DNA of 64,000 bases from Mobula hypostoma (GCF_963921235.1 NC_086097.1:254078001-254142000); one strand, 5' to 3'. Numbered from the stretch's first letter, positions 12,514-26,100 are shown. The notes: generated from the sequence alone by a model not told the origin. Numbers and translations are program-made.

Positions 12514-14837
12514 TTTTTAGAATATAAGGGTTAAAAGAGAGGCGAGGGTTGATATAGGACCAATAAAAAGTGACGCTGGAGAGACACAGAGCTGGCAGAG
12601 GAACTGAAAGCGTATATTGCATCAGCCTTCACAGTGGAAGATATATTCAGTATGCTGGACATTCAAGAGTGTCAGCGGTTGATGTTATGTCTGCTGCTTT
12701 TTACAATGTATGTCAATAATTTTGACTATGGGATTATTGGATTTGTGGCTGATACAACTTTGCCAATGATACAAAGATAGGTGGAGGAGCAGTTAGTGTG
12801 GAGGAAACAGAGAGCCTACAGAAAGACTTGGATAATTTAGGGGAATGGGCAAAGAAGTGGCAAATTAAAAACAATGTTGGAAAGTGTTTGGTCATGCACT
12901 TTGGTGGAAGAAATAAACGGGCCGACTATTATTTTGATGGGAAGAGAATTCAAAATGCAGAGAAGCAAAGGGACTTGGGAGTCCTTGTGCAGAATACCCT
13001 AAAGATTAACCTTCAGGTTGAGTCGGTTGTGAAGATGGGGAATGCAATGTTGGCATTCATTTCAAGAGGAATAGAATATGAGAGCAGGGATGTGATGTTG
13101 AGGCTCTATAAGGAACTCGTGAGACCACACTTAAAGTATTGTGTGCAGTTTTGGGCTCCTTATTTTAGAAGGGATATACTGACATCGGAGAGGATTCAGA
13201 GAAGATTCACGAGAATGATTCCAGGAATGAAAGGGTTACTGTATGAGGAACGTCTGGCAGCTCTTGGGCTGTATTCCCTGGAGTTCAGGAGAATGAGGGA
13301 GGATCTCATGGAAACATTCTGAATGTTAAAAGGCCTGAACAGATTAGATACGGCAAAGTTATTTCTCGTAGTAGGGGAGTTCAGGACAAGAGGGCACGAC
13401 TTCAGGATTGAAGGACATTCATTTATAACAGAAATGCAGAGAACTTACTTTAGTCAGAGCGTGGTAAATCTATGGAATTTGTTGCCACGAGCGGCTGTGG
13501 AGGCCAAGTCATTGGGTGTATTTAAGGCAGAGATTGATAGATTCTTGATTAGCCAGGGCATCAAAGGGTATGGGGAGAAGGCAGGGGAGTGGGGATGACT
13601 GGAGCAATCGAATCAGCCCATGACTGACTGGTGGAGCAGATGGGCTGAATGGCCAACTTTTGCTCCTATATCTTATGGTCTTATGGTGTGAAGATTCAGT
13701 ATGTCATCTGAAATGTTGACAAACTCCTATAGATGTGTGGTGGAGAGTATATTGATCGAATACATCATGGCCTGCTATGGAAACACCAATGCCCTTGAAT
13801 GGAAACCCCCACAAAAAGTAGTGGATACAACCCAGTCAATTATGGGTAAAGCTCTCCCACCATTGAACAGAGCATTGTCGCAGGAAAGCAGCATCCATCA
13901 TCAGGGACCCCCACCACCCAGGACATGCTCTCTTCTCACTGCTGCCATCTGGAAGAAGGTACAGGAGCCTCAGGATTCACACCACCAGGTTCAGAAACAG
14001 TTATTACCCATCAACCAGCATGCTCTTGGACAAAAAGGGGATAATTTCAATCAACTTCACTTGCCCCATCATTAAAATGTTTCCAAAACCTCTGGACTCA
14101 CTTTCAAGGACTCTTCATGTTCTCAATACTTGCTTATTTATTTATTATTATTTTTCTAATTTTTGTATGTGTACAGTCTGTTGTCTTTTGAACAATGTTT
14201 GTCCATCCTGTTCTGTGCTGTCTTTCATTGATTCTATTGCTGTTCTTTGAATACTTGCAAGAAAATGAATATCAGCGGTTGTATGTATATGAAGACATAT
14301 ATGTACTTAGATATTCAATTTACTTTGAACTTAGTGAACTTTGGATTTTGTGTTGTTCTCCTTAATTAAAATGGTGAATTCAAAAACAGTATATTTTCCT
14401 TCATTCCTTCTCTTCACCACCATAACCATGTTATTGTTCCAGTTACTAAATTGCAAAAAAATATGGTAAAATATTCTGGGAACTTCATAATACAGGAATA
14501 AATTCCAATCCCAACAGAAGGATGTTGAAGCCCAAGAGGGAGATCCTGAAGCAGCCTGCCGGTACTCTGTACTAGAGAGCCACTGATTTACCCAGAGGAT
14601 AACGTGATCATACTGGAGACACGGAGGAAATGAAGGGAAGCAGGATGAATTCTTAACAGGTTAAACTGTGGATTGCTGTCACGATTAAACACAGAATTTG
14701 GGAGATATCAGAGACTCAATTCAACCAAATATGGGAAAACAGGATCATAAGCACATGACTCCTGATGAAGGGTCTCTGGAAGAAAGGTTGAATTAACTGT
14801 TTATTTCTCGCCATAGATGCTGTCTGACCTGCTGAGT

Positions 14838-16002
14838 TAGAACATAGAACATGGAAAACCTACAACACAATACAGGACCTTCAGCCCACAAAAGCATCCG
14901 GTAGTCTTGCAAGACCATGGATCTGCAGCTGGAAATGCTTCACTCTCCAGGGTGCAGGCCTGGGCAAGATTGTATGGAAGACCAGCAGCTGCCCAGGCTG
15001 CAAGTCTCCCCTCTCCACGACACCAATGTTGTCCAAGGGAAGGGCAAGGGCCGATACAGCTTGGCACCAGTGTCGTCGCAGAGCAATGTGTGGTTAAGTG
15101 CCTTGCTCAAGGACACAACATACTGCCTCGGCTGGGGCTCGAACTCACGACCTTCAGATCGCTAGTCGAATGCCTTAACCACTTGGCCACGTGCCCACAC
15201 TCTTCAGCCCACAATGCTGTGCCAAACATGTACTTGCTTTAGAAATTACCAAGGGTTACCCATAGCCCTCTATTTTTCTAAGCTCCATGTACCTATCCAA
15301 ATATCTCTTAAAAGACCCTATCGTATCTGCCTCCACCACTGCCGCCGGCCGCCCATTCCACGCACTCACCACTCTCTGCATAAAAAAACTTATCCCTGAC
15401 GTCTCCTCTGTACCTACTTCCAAGCACCTTAAAACTATGCCCTCTTGTGCTAGCCATTTCAGCCCTGGGAAAAAGCCTCTGACTATCCACACGATCAATG
15501 CCTCTCATCATCTGGCACACCTCTATCAGGTCACCTCTCATCCTCCGTCGCTCCAAGGACAAAAGACTGAGTTCACTCAACCTATTCTCATAAGGCATGC
15601 TCCCCAATCCAGGCAGCATCCTTGTAAATCTCCTCTACACTCTTTCTATGTTTTCCACGTCCTTCCTGTAGTGAGGCAACCAGAACTGAGCGGTCTGACC
15701 AGGGTCCTATATAGCTACAACATTACCTCTCGACTCTTAAACCTTTCTTAACCAGAGAGTCAACCTGCGTAGCAGCTTTGAGTGTCCTATGGACTCAGAC
15801 CCCAAGATCCCTCTGATCCTCCACACTGCCAAGAGTCTTGCCATTAATGCTATATTTTGCCATCATATTTGACTTAACACAATGAACCACTTCACACAAA
15901 TCTGGGTTGAATGACATCTGCCACTTCTCAGCCCAGTTTTGCATCCTATCAATGTTCCGCTGTAACCTCTGACTGCCCTCCACACTATCCACAACACCCC
16001 CA
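14838..16002 (-). mobile_element. CR1 3' fragment with a SINE in its 3' UTR
   Basis: TAGAACA-type tail at 14838; ORF fragment RRMRGDLIEV..RGHSFKV. Confidence 0.85.
14892..15201 (-). mobile_element. tRNA-derived SINE
   Basis: A box TGGCCAAGTGG and B box GTTCGAGCC on the - strand; 13-bp TSD CTTCAGCCCACAA (14879-14891, 15202-15214); partial second copy at ~17515-17702. Confidence 0.9.
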
Positions 16003-16069
16003 GCAGTTTCTCCAGCATTATGTGTACGTTACGCAGGGTAAACAGGATGATGCAGTTTTATTCCTCTTC

Positions 16070-16640
16070 ACTGGCCCTGTACTTGCTTGAGTTCAGAAGA
16101 ATGAGGGGGATCTCATTGAAACATTGAATATTGAAATGCCTTGATAGAGTGGGTAGGGAGAGGATGTTTCCTATCGTGGGGGAGTCTAGGACCAGAGGGC
16201 ACAGTCTCAGAATAGAATTTCTTCAAACAGAGCCTGGTGAATCTGTGGAATTCATTGCCACAGATGATGTAGACGACCTCACTGGGTTTATTTAAAGTGG
16301 AGGCTGATAGGGAGCATATAGTCTATAGTTGGGAAGTCTGGGACCAGAGAGCATATCCTCAGAATAGATGTACATCCATTTAGAACAGAGATGAGGAGGA
16401 TTTTCTTTAGCCAGAAGGTGGTGAATCTGTGGAATTCATTGCCACAGACGGCTGTGGAGGCCAAGTCATCGGGTATATTTAAAGTGGAGGTTGATAGGGT
16501 CTTGATTAGTTAGGGTGTCAAAATCTACAGGAAGAAGGCATGAGAATGGGATTGAGAGGGATAATTAATCAGCCATGATGAAATGGCAGAGCAGACTTGA
16601 GCCAGATGGCCTAATTTTACTTGCATTTCTTACGGTCTTC
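16070..16640 (+). mobile_element. Decayed CR1 3' fragments
   Basis: GTGGTGAATCTGTGGAATTC motif present twice, followed by a CR1 3' UTR. Confidence 0.75.
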
Positions 16641-16715
16641 ACAAACAAGTTCTGTTACAAGCCACCGGGGCTATGGGGAGGAGCAGGACATTTAAACAGC
16701 GGAACCTCATTTAAG

Positions 16716-17355
16716 CAACACACACACAATGCTGGAGGAACTCAGCAGGCCAGGCAGCATCTATGGAGAAGAGTATAGTCGACATTTCGAGCCCAGGCCC
16801 TTTGGATTTGAGAAATTGATTCACCTTCCATTCCCATTCCGACATGTCAATCCATGGCCTCCTTTACTATCGCAATGAGGCCACACTCAGGTTGGAGGAA
16901 CAACACCTTATATTCCGTCTGGGTAGCCTCCAACCAGATGGCATGAACATTGACTTCTCTAACTTCCGGTAAATGACCCGCACCCTACACCCCCACCAAT
17001 CCCAATTTCCATTTTCCTCTCACATTATCTCCTTACCTGCCCCTCACCTGCCTCTTTGATTTCTTCCATGGCCTTCTGTCCTCTATCAGATTCCCCATTC
17101 TCCAGCCCTGTATCTCTTTCACCAATCAACTTCCCAGCTCTTGACTTCAACCCTCCCCCTCCCCATTTCACCTATCACCTTGTGGTTCTTCCTCCCCTCA
17201 CCCCATCTTCTTACTCTGACTCTTCATCTTTTTCTCGACCCAAAACTTCAACCGTTTACTCCTTTCCATAGATGCTGCCTGACCTGCTGAGATCGCCCAG
17301 CATTTTGTGTGTGTTGCTTGGATTTCCAGCATCTGCAGATTTTCTCTTGTTTGTG
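16716..17355 (+). mobile_element. Penelope-like element 3' relic with inverted terminal segments
   Basis: Encodes LEEQHLIFRLGSLQPDGMNIDFSNF (GIY-YIG C-terminus type); 16716-16800 is an inverted copy of ~17250-17320. Confidence 0.75.
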
Positions 17356-18789
17356 ATAGAACCTCATTTAAATTTCCTCACCGTTCCCTGCTGAACCAGC
17401 AATCAAACTCTAAAGCCTGGAATGCAGGCCCCATCCCAATTTAGTAAGTGGGTAAATTGGTTTATTATTGTCACATGTGCCAAGATACAGTGGAAAACAG
17501 ATCTTCTCATACTAAATAAAGCATCCGTTAGTCTTGCGAGATCATGGATCTGCGCCTGGAAAGTCTTCACTCTCCAGGGCGCAGGCCTGGGCAAGGTTGT
17601 ATGGAAGACCAGCAGTTGCCCATGCTGCAAGTCTCCCCTCTCCACGACACCAATGTTGTCCAAGGGAAGGGCATTAGGACCCATACAGCTTGGCACCAGT
17701 GCTAGGGGACCACTTAGTAGTCTTATACAGTGGGGTGGAAGTTATCCTTGAGCCTAATAGTATGTATTTTCAGGCGCTTGTACCTTCTGCCGAAAGGGAA
17801 AGGAGAGGACAGAGAATGTTCACGGTGGGCGGGGTCTTTGATTATGTTGGCCACTTTACTGAGACAGCGAGCCATAAGGACAGAGTCTGTGGTTTTTGAC
17901 AGTGAGCCCACTTTTAATTGGAAAATTGGCTTCCTTTGTAATAACCATTATGTCACATTGACAAAACCAAATTTTTCCCTCATGTTGATCTGCTGCTGAC
18001 TGTTGAATTTGCCACCCTCACTCAGTGTGTGCACTATATTTGCACAGTGCCTCCAGCCACAGCCGGAGAACCTGCCTTCAGTGGCTCCTCTTACCCTCTC
18101 CTCAACAGGAATTCCTGAAATCCCATGGATTGATCCTTGGCTCTCTCCAACTCCTCAACAACTTGCTATCCCCAGCAACTTCCAGTGAAAACAGACTCAG
18201 CTTGGAGGAGCTGTTCCAAAGAAACTCACTACCCTCTCTGTGAAACTACATTGTCAGACAGCTTGCCACAGTAAGGACTGAAACAGAGGAGATTTCCTCC
18301 AATTAAGAAGTCTTCCTGGTCTCCCACGAACGCCATCCTCATTCTGGACAGGCCTCTGAAACCAATCCATACTGTTCCAGCCTTCGTGTAACATTGGACC
18401 CTTCGATGATCTTCAGACCAAGTTCCTCCTTCACCTCTTCATTGGCCAACTCTGAAGTAGCATTTAGTGTAACACTTTACCGTGCCAGTAATCACCGTTT
18501 GGGGTTCAGTTCCTGCTGCTCTCTGGAGGAGTTGGGCTGACTGGCCTATTTCTGCTCCCATGTCTTATGGTCTTATAAAAGATTCCCACTACCGTCTGTA
18601 AGGAGTTAATATGTTCTCCCCGTAATTGTTTCATACCACATTCCAAAGCTGTTAGGGCTGGGGTCAGCGAGTTTTGGACATGCTATGTATACAATACTTG
18701 TGGACTGCCCCTACACACTTTCTCAGACTGTTGGTTGTTGATGCAAGTGACGTCTTTCACTGTATACTTCGATGTTTTGCTATACATGA

Positions 18790-19265
18790 ATTGAACTGAC
18801 TTTATTTCTCACATCCTTCACATACATGGGAAGTAAAACTCTTTATATTACGTCTCCGTCTAAATGTGCGATGTGCAATCATAGTAATTTATAATAATTT
18901 ATAATAAATAGAACAGTCAATGCAACATAGAAATACACTCAAATCAGCGTGAGTTAATCAGTCTGATTCCTGGTGGAAGAAGCTGTCCTGGAGCCTGTTG
19001 GTCCTGGCTTTTACGCTGCGGTACCGTTTCCCGGATGGTAGCAGCTGGAACAGTTTGTGGTTGGGGTGACTCGGGTCCCCAGTGATCCTACGGGCTCTTT
19101 TTACACACTGTCCTTGTAAACGTCCTGAATCATGGGAAGTTCACATCTACAGATGCACTGGGCTGTCCGCACTACTCTCTGCAGAGTCCTGCGATTGAGG
19201 GAGGTACAGTTCCCATACTAGGCAGTGATGCAGCCAGTCAGGATGCTCTCAATTGTGCCCCTATA
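18790..19265 (-). mobile_element. Rex1-like LINE 3' fragment
   Basis: TTGAA-type tail on the left; C-terminal coding remnant with GGAAGAAGCTG and CAGCCAGTCAGGATGCTCTC motifs. Confidence 0.65.
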
Positions 19266-19655
19266 GACAATGTGAACAAGAAGGTGTGGTATGTGCAATT
19301 CGGTTAGCTGAAGGCACTTCCAGTGATAACTAGCTGGCCTGGTACCTCTTTCACACAGCACAGTTTCTGTGCTGTCAATGAACACCTCATCCACTGCACA
19401 GGCTGCTCACAAGTCAGCAATACAATACTGTGCTGGAGTGAAAAAAGGTTTTTGAACACATAGTGAGCAAGGCTAATTCAACTGACAGTGGATGGAGCCA
19501 TTTTCCTTCACTCAGACCCAGTACACAAGAAGATCTTAGTAGTAGAACATGAGCATGAAGTTCTCCTCAGGAGTCAGGGGTTGCCTCGGCTGGATTCCAT
19601 GAATGTAGACCACCCATTTAACGTGGCAAGGCAGATGAATGGGCAGCCGTGTTAC

Positions 19656-20085
19656 AGACCACAGTCAGGGCCCAGTGGCCTGGAGTGACCACAGTCAGAG
19701 CCCAGTGGCCTGGAGTGACCACAGTCAGGTTCCAGTGACCACAGTCAGGGTCTAGTGGTGTGGAGTGCAAGACAACTGGGGTCCAGTGGCCACAGTCAGG
19801 TTCTAGTGACCACAGTCAGGGCCCAGTGGCCTGGAGTGACCACAGTCAGGGCCCAGTGGCCTGGAGTGCAGGACGACTGGGGTCCAGTGGCCACAGTCAG
19901 GGTCCAGTGGTGTGGAGTGACCACAGTCAGGGTCCAGTAGCATGGAGTGACCACAGTCGGGGTCCAGTGGTGTGGAGCGCAGGACGACTGGGGTCTAGTG
20001 GTGTGGAGTGACCACAGTCGCGGCCCAGTGGCGTGGAGCGCAGGACGACTGGGGTCCAGTGGCTACAGTCAGGGCCCAGTGCCAT
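19656..20085 (+). repeat. GC-rich compound minisatellite (~30-bp unit with variants)
   Basis: GACCACAGTCAGGGCCCAGTGGCCTGGAGT repeated, with GCAGGACGACTGGGGTCCAGTGG variants. Confidence 0.9.
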
Positions 20086-20144
20086 ACTGGGACATACAGA
20101 CTCCTCACAGATGACGTCACAGTTGAACTCCAGCACCCTGAACT

Positions 20145-23100
20145 GATAAGACCACAAGACCATAAGATGCTGGAGCAGAACTCGGCCATTTGAACCCTGG
20201 CATCTGCTCTGCCATTTCATTATGACTGATCCAATTTCCCTCTCAGCACCAATCTCCTGCCCACTCCCTGTATCCCTTCATGCCCTGACCAATCAAGAAT
20301 CTATCAGCCTCTGCATTAAATATACATAAAGACTTGGGCATCCACAGCTGCCTGTGGTGAAGAATTCCACAGATTCATCACTGTCTGGCTAAAGAAATTC
20401 CTCCTCACCTCTGTTCTTAAAGGACGCCCCTCTATTCAGAGGCTGTGTCCTCTGGTCTTAGACTCTCGCACCATAGGAAATATCCTCTCCATATCCATTG
20501 TATCAAGGCCTTTCACCATTCGATAGGTTTCAATGAGGTCACCCCCATTCTTCTGAATTCCAGTGAATACAGGCCTGAGTCATCAGATCTATGATTTCCT
20601 TTCTGCTGCCTCCCTCCTTTCTTAAAGAGTGGAGTGACATTTGCAACTTGCAGTTTTCCAGTCCTCTGGCACCATGCCAGAGTCCAATGATGTTTGGAAG
20701 ATCATTACTAATGCCTCCACAATCTCTGCCACTACCTCTTCCAGAACATGAGGGTACAGTTCGTCTGGCCTGGCCAGACTGATGTACCCTTAGGGCTTTC
20801 AGATTTTTGAGCACCTTCTCCCTTGCAATAGTAACTGGTGCACCGATTGTGAGTTGGAGAGCTACGATAGAAGAGATGGCACACAGGTCCGGGAGCGAAG
20901 TTTAAAAGGGTAAACTGGCGCACCATTCGTGAGTTGGAGAGCTGAGAAGGTTCCGTCATAAAAGGGAGACACTGCCTAGTGGAGCGGTCATCAAAGGAGC
21001 GGTCTGAGTCAGAGTGGCAGGGCTTCGGCAAAAGCGGGCTTCGGCGTGGTAAGTGGGTAAGTGGACCTTGTTTTTCCTTGCATTTAATTTTTTGAGGAAT
21101 AGAGAGTTCATGTCCGTAGGGTTCGTATTTTATTCTGGGTGTCAGATGTGGGAATCCTGGGAATCTTCCAGTCTCCCAAGCAGGCATAACTGAGCCAGGT
21201 GCACTGAGATGCAGCTCCTGAGAGACCGCGTTGGGGATCTGGATCTGCGGCTCGATGACCGACAGCTTATTAGGGAAAGTGAGTGGGAGATAGACAGGAG
21301 CTACAGGGAGTTAGTCACCCCGAGGCTGCAGGAGTCAGATAAGTGGGTGACGGTCAGGGAACGGATGGGAAGAGCTCAGATAGTAGAGAGCACCCCTGTG
21401 GCCATCCCCCTCAGTAATCGTATATCGTTTTGGATGCTGTTGAGGGAAGTGAACCTGACAGAGGACAACTATGGCGATTGGGTCTCTGGCACTGAGCCTG
21501 GTTCCGTGGTGCAGAAGGTGGAGAGGAAGATGAGGAATGCGGTAGTCATAGGGGATTTCATAGTGAGGGGAACAGACAGAAGGTTCTGTGAGCCTGATAG
21601 AGATACCCACATGGTGTGTTGCCACCCAGGTGCCAGGGTACGGGGTGTCTTGGATCAGGTGCAGAGTATTCTGAATGGAGAGGGTGAACAACCAGAAGTC
21701 TTGGTACACGTTGGTACCAATTACATAGATAGAAGAAGGGATGAGGTCCTGAAGAGAGAATTCGGGGAGTTGGGTAGGAAGCTGAAAAGCAGAACCTCCA
21801 GGATAGTAATCTCTGGATTGCTGCCTGTGCCACATGCTAACGAGCGCAAGAATAGCATGATCAGGCATATTAATGTGTGGCTCAGAGACTGGTGCAGGGG
21901 GCAAGGCTTCAGATTCCTGGATCAGTGGGACCTCTTCTGGGGGAGGTATGACCTGTACAAAAGGATGGGTTACACCCGAACCCAAAGGGGTCCAATATCC
22001 TAGCAGGTAGGTTTACTAAAGCTGTTCAGGAGGATTTAAACTAATTTGGCAGGGGGATGGGAACTGGAGTGATAGGGCTGAGGAAGGGGAAAACAGAAAT
22101 AAATCAAAGATAGCATGCAACAGAGATGATAGGAAGGATAGGCCGGAGATGAGGCATAACCACAGCCAGTGGGATGAGTTACAGGGCAATAGAAGCATCG
22201 TACAATTAAAACAGAAAGCAACAGGTACAGGACTGGAAGTGTTATACTTGAATGCACACAGCCTAAGAAATAAAATGGACAATCTTGAAATTCAGCAACA
22301 GATTGTCAAGTATGACATTGTGGCCATCTCTGAAACTTGGCTCAAGGATGGCTGCCATTGGGAGCTGAACGTCCAAGGATATACGGCGTATCGGAAAGAT
22401 AGGTTAGTAGGGGGTGGTATGGCCCTGTATATATTAAATCATTAGAAAGGGATGACATAGGATTGGAAGGTGTAGAGTCTCTATGGGTTGAGTTAAGAAA
22501 TGGCAAGGGTAAAAGGATCTTAATGGCAGTTGTATACAGGCCTTCAAACAGCAGCCGGGGTGTGGATTACAAATTACAGCAGGAGATAGAAAAGACATGT
22601 CAGAAGGGCAATGTCATAATAATCATTGGGGATTTTAACAAGAAAGTCATGAAAGTGGATTGGGAAAACCAGGCCAGTACTGGACTTCAAAACTGAGAAT
22701 TTGTAGAATGTCTAAGGGATGGCTTTTCAGAACAGCTTGTTGTTGAGCCCACTAGGGGATCAACTGTGCTGGATTGGGTGTTATGCAATGATCCGGAGGT
22801 GATAAGAGAGCTTAAGGTTAAGGAACCCTTAGGGAACAGTGATCACAATATGATCGAGTTTACTTTGAAATTTGAAAAGGAGAATCTAAATTCTAGTGTG
22901 TTGGTATTTCAGTGGAATAAAGGAAATTACAATGGCATGAGAGGGGAACTGGCCAAGGTTGACTGGAAAGGAACACTAGTAGGAAGGACAGCAGGGCAGC
23001 AATGGCTGGATTTTCTGTGAAAAATGAGGGAAGTGCAAGACAGATATATGCCAAATAAGAAGAAATATTCGAATGGAAGAAGGACATTACCGTGGCTGAC

Positions 23101-26100
23101 AAGTGAAGTCAGAGCCAAAGTAAAAACAAAAGAGAGGGCATACAGGGAAGGCAAAGCTAGTGGGAAGATAAAGGATTTGGAAGCTTTTAAAAACTTGCAG
23201 AAGGAAACTAAGAAGGTCTTTAGGAATGAAAAGATGGATTATGAAAGGAAGCTGGCAACAGATATCAAAGAAGATACTGAAAGCTTTTTAAAGTATGTAA
23301 AGGGTAAGAGAGAACTGAGGGAGGATATAGGAGGAGAGAAAATGACGCTGGAGCTATTGTAATGAGAGATGCAGAGATGAATTGAATGCATATTTTGCAT
23401 CAGTCTTCACAGTGGAAGAAATCTGCAGTGTACCGGACATCCAAGAGTGTCAGTGGTCGGTGTTGGGACCGCTGCTTTTTATGATGTATATCAATGATTT
23501 GGACTATGGGATTAATGAATTTGTGAGTAAATTTGCCGATGATACAAAGATAGGTGGAGGAGCGGGTAGTGTTGAGGAAACAGAGAGCCTGCAGAGACAC
23601 TTAGATAGTTTAGGGGAATGGGAAAAGTGGCAATTGAAATACAATGTTGGAAAGTGTATGGTCATGCACTTTGGTGGAAGAAATAAATGGGCCGACTATT
23701 ATTTAGATGGGGAGAGAATTCAAAATGCAGAGATGCAAAGGGTCTTGGAAGTCCTTGTGCAGGGAACGCTAAAGGTTAACCTCCAGGGTGAATCGGTGGT
23801 GAAGAAGGCGAATGCAATGTTGGCATTCTTTTCTAGAGGTACAGAATATAAGAGCAGGGATGTGATGTTGAGGCTCTATAGGTCATTCATGAGACCACAC
23901 TTGAAGTACTGTGTGCAGTTTTGTGCTCCTTATTTTAGAAAAGATATACTGACATTAGGAAGGATTCAGAGAAGATTCATGAGAATGATTGCAGGAATGA
24001 AAGGGTTACCGTATGAGGAACGTCTGGCAGCTCTTGGGCTGTATTCCCTGGAGTTCAGGAGAATGGTGGGGGGGGGGGGAATCTCATAGAAACATTCCAA
24101 CTGTTAAAAGGCCTGAATAGATTAGATATGGCCAAGTTATTTTCCATGGTGGGGGAGTCCAGGACAAGAGGGCATGACTTCAGGATTGGAGGACGTCCAT
24201 TTAGAACAGAGATGCGGAGAAATTCCTTTAGTCAGAGAGTTGTAAATCTGTGGAATTTGCTGCCACGAGTGGCTGTGGAGGTCAAGTCATTGGGTGTATT
24301 TAAGGCAGAGCTAGATAGGTTCTTGATTAGCCAGGGCATCAAAGGGTATGGGGTGAAGGCAGGGGAGCGGGGATGACTGGAAGAATTGGATCAGCCATGA
24401 TTGAATGGCGGTGAAGACTTGATAGGCCAAATGGTCTACTTCTTTCCTATATCTTATGGTCTTACGATCTTATGGTAACTGCATTCACCTCTATCCCTCC
24501 CACCCTTCAACATCTGGCACATTGCTAGTGTCTTCTGCAACAAAGACTGATGCAAAATATTCATTTAGTGCATCTGCCATCTCCTTGTCCCCCCTTATTA
24601 TTTCTCTAGCCTCATTTTCTAGCGGTCCTATATCTACCTTCATCTCTCTTTTATTTTTTACATACTTGAAAAAGCTTTTATTATGCACTTTGATATTGTT
24701 TGCTAGCTTGCTTTCATAGTTCATCTTTTCCCTCCTAATGGTTTTTAGTTGCTCTCTGCAAGTTTTTAAAAGCTTCCCAATCCTCTATCTTCCCGTTATT
24801 TTTTCCTTTGCTGTATGCTCTCTCTTTTGCTTTCATCTTTCCCCTCCTTATAGCTTTTTTAGTTGCATTTTATTGGATTTTAAAATCTTCCCAATCGTCC
24901 AAATTCCCACTCACTTTTGTTACCTTATGTGTCCTTTCCTCAGCTTTTATGCAGTCCTTAACTTTCCTTGTCAGCCGCAGTTTCCTAGACCTGCCATTTG
25001 AGAACTTCTTCCTCTGTGGGACATATCTATCCTGCACCCTGTGAAGTACTTCCAGAAACTTCAGCCATCTCTGCTCTGCTGTCATCTCCATCAGTATCCC
25101 CCTCCAATACACCTGGACAAGGTCGTCTCTCACACCTTAGTAATTCTCTTTATTTCATTGTCATACTGACACATGTGACTTATGCTTCTCCCTCTCAAAT
25201 TGCAGAATGAATTCAATCATATTATGATCATTGTTCCTAAGGGTTCCTTTATATTAAGCTCCCTAATAAGATCTGGTTTATTACACTACACACAATCCAA
25301 GATAACTGTTCCCCAGGTAGGCTCAAGCACAAACTGCTCTAAAAAGCCATCTTGTAAGCATTCAACAAATTCCCTCTCTTGCAATCCAACACCAAATTGA
25401 TTTTCCCAATCCCCTTCCATATTGAAGTCCCCCATTACAATTGTGACATTGCCTTTATTACATGCCTTTTCCTGCTCCCTCTGCAGTCTCAACCCCACAT
25501 CCTGGCTAATGTTTGGAGGCCTGTAAATGATCCCCATAATGTTTTTTTTTACTGTTGTAGTTTCTTAACTTCACCCACAAAGGTTCAACATTCTCCGACC
25601 CTCTATCATCTCCTTCTAAATAAGTAATTCTATCTCTTACCAACAGAACCTCACCACCGCCTATGCCTTCCTGCCTGTCCTTTCGATACAAAGTAAATCC
25701 TTTGATGTTAAGCTCCTAACTATGGCCTTCTTTCAGCCACGACTCAGTGATGCCCACAACGTGATACTGGCCAATCTCTAACTGTGCCACGAGTTCGTCC
25801 ATCTTATTCTGAATGCTGCGTGCATTTAAATACAACACCTTCAGTCCTGCCTCCTTTGCCCTTTTACAGGTACATCATACCTGCCAATCCGCAGCTGTGC
25901 TGTAAGTTCATCTACCTGCATTCAGATACAACACCTTCAGTCCTGTATTCACCCCTTTCGATCTTCTTGCACCACGCTCAACCTTTTGATTCCTAACTTG
26001 GCCTGATGTCTTACCAACATCTACCTCCACAAGCTTTCCACTAACTGTGCTGTCACCTTGGTTCCCATCCCCCTGAAACTCTAGCTTAAACCCCATCCTG

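Larger units (their letters stand above)
8211..13686 (+). mobile_element. 5'-truncated CR1 with internal RT deletion, hosting two nested insertions
   Basis: Endonuclease (YDIVAISETW, SDHNMIEF), RT C-terminal part (LVRPHLKYCVQFWAP), CR1 3' UTR and (CTTATGGT)n tail. Confidence 0.9.
7425..14345 (+). mobile_element. Decayed Rex1-like LINE 3' portion, split by a CR1 insertion (parts 7425-8210 and 13687-14345)
   Basis: RT-like translations (MLFTNYSSAF..SSLCNWILSF..STGAP, KTKELFIDFRR, YRCVVESIL); ends in TTTGAAC-type repeats. Confidence 0.75.

Noticed and set aside
15125..15199. tRNA gene on the - strand
   Set aside because: It is the head of a TSD-flanked SINE, and no complete acceptor stem is evident.
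17900..18450. Possible host exons in a unique-looking region
   Set aside because: No recognisable protein; part resembles an old L2 remnant.
21335..21985. 216-aa antisense ORF
   Set aside because: Shadow ORF opposite CR1 ORF1; no comparably long ORF occurs in the other copies.
25821..25945. 29-bp direct repeat flanking a ~67-bp insert in CR1
   Set aside because: Single occurrence, probably a repair scar; the same applies to the short duplication at 59731-59790.
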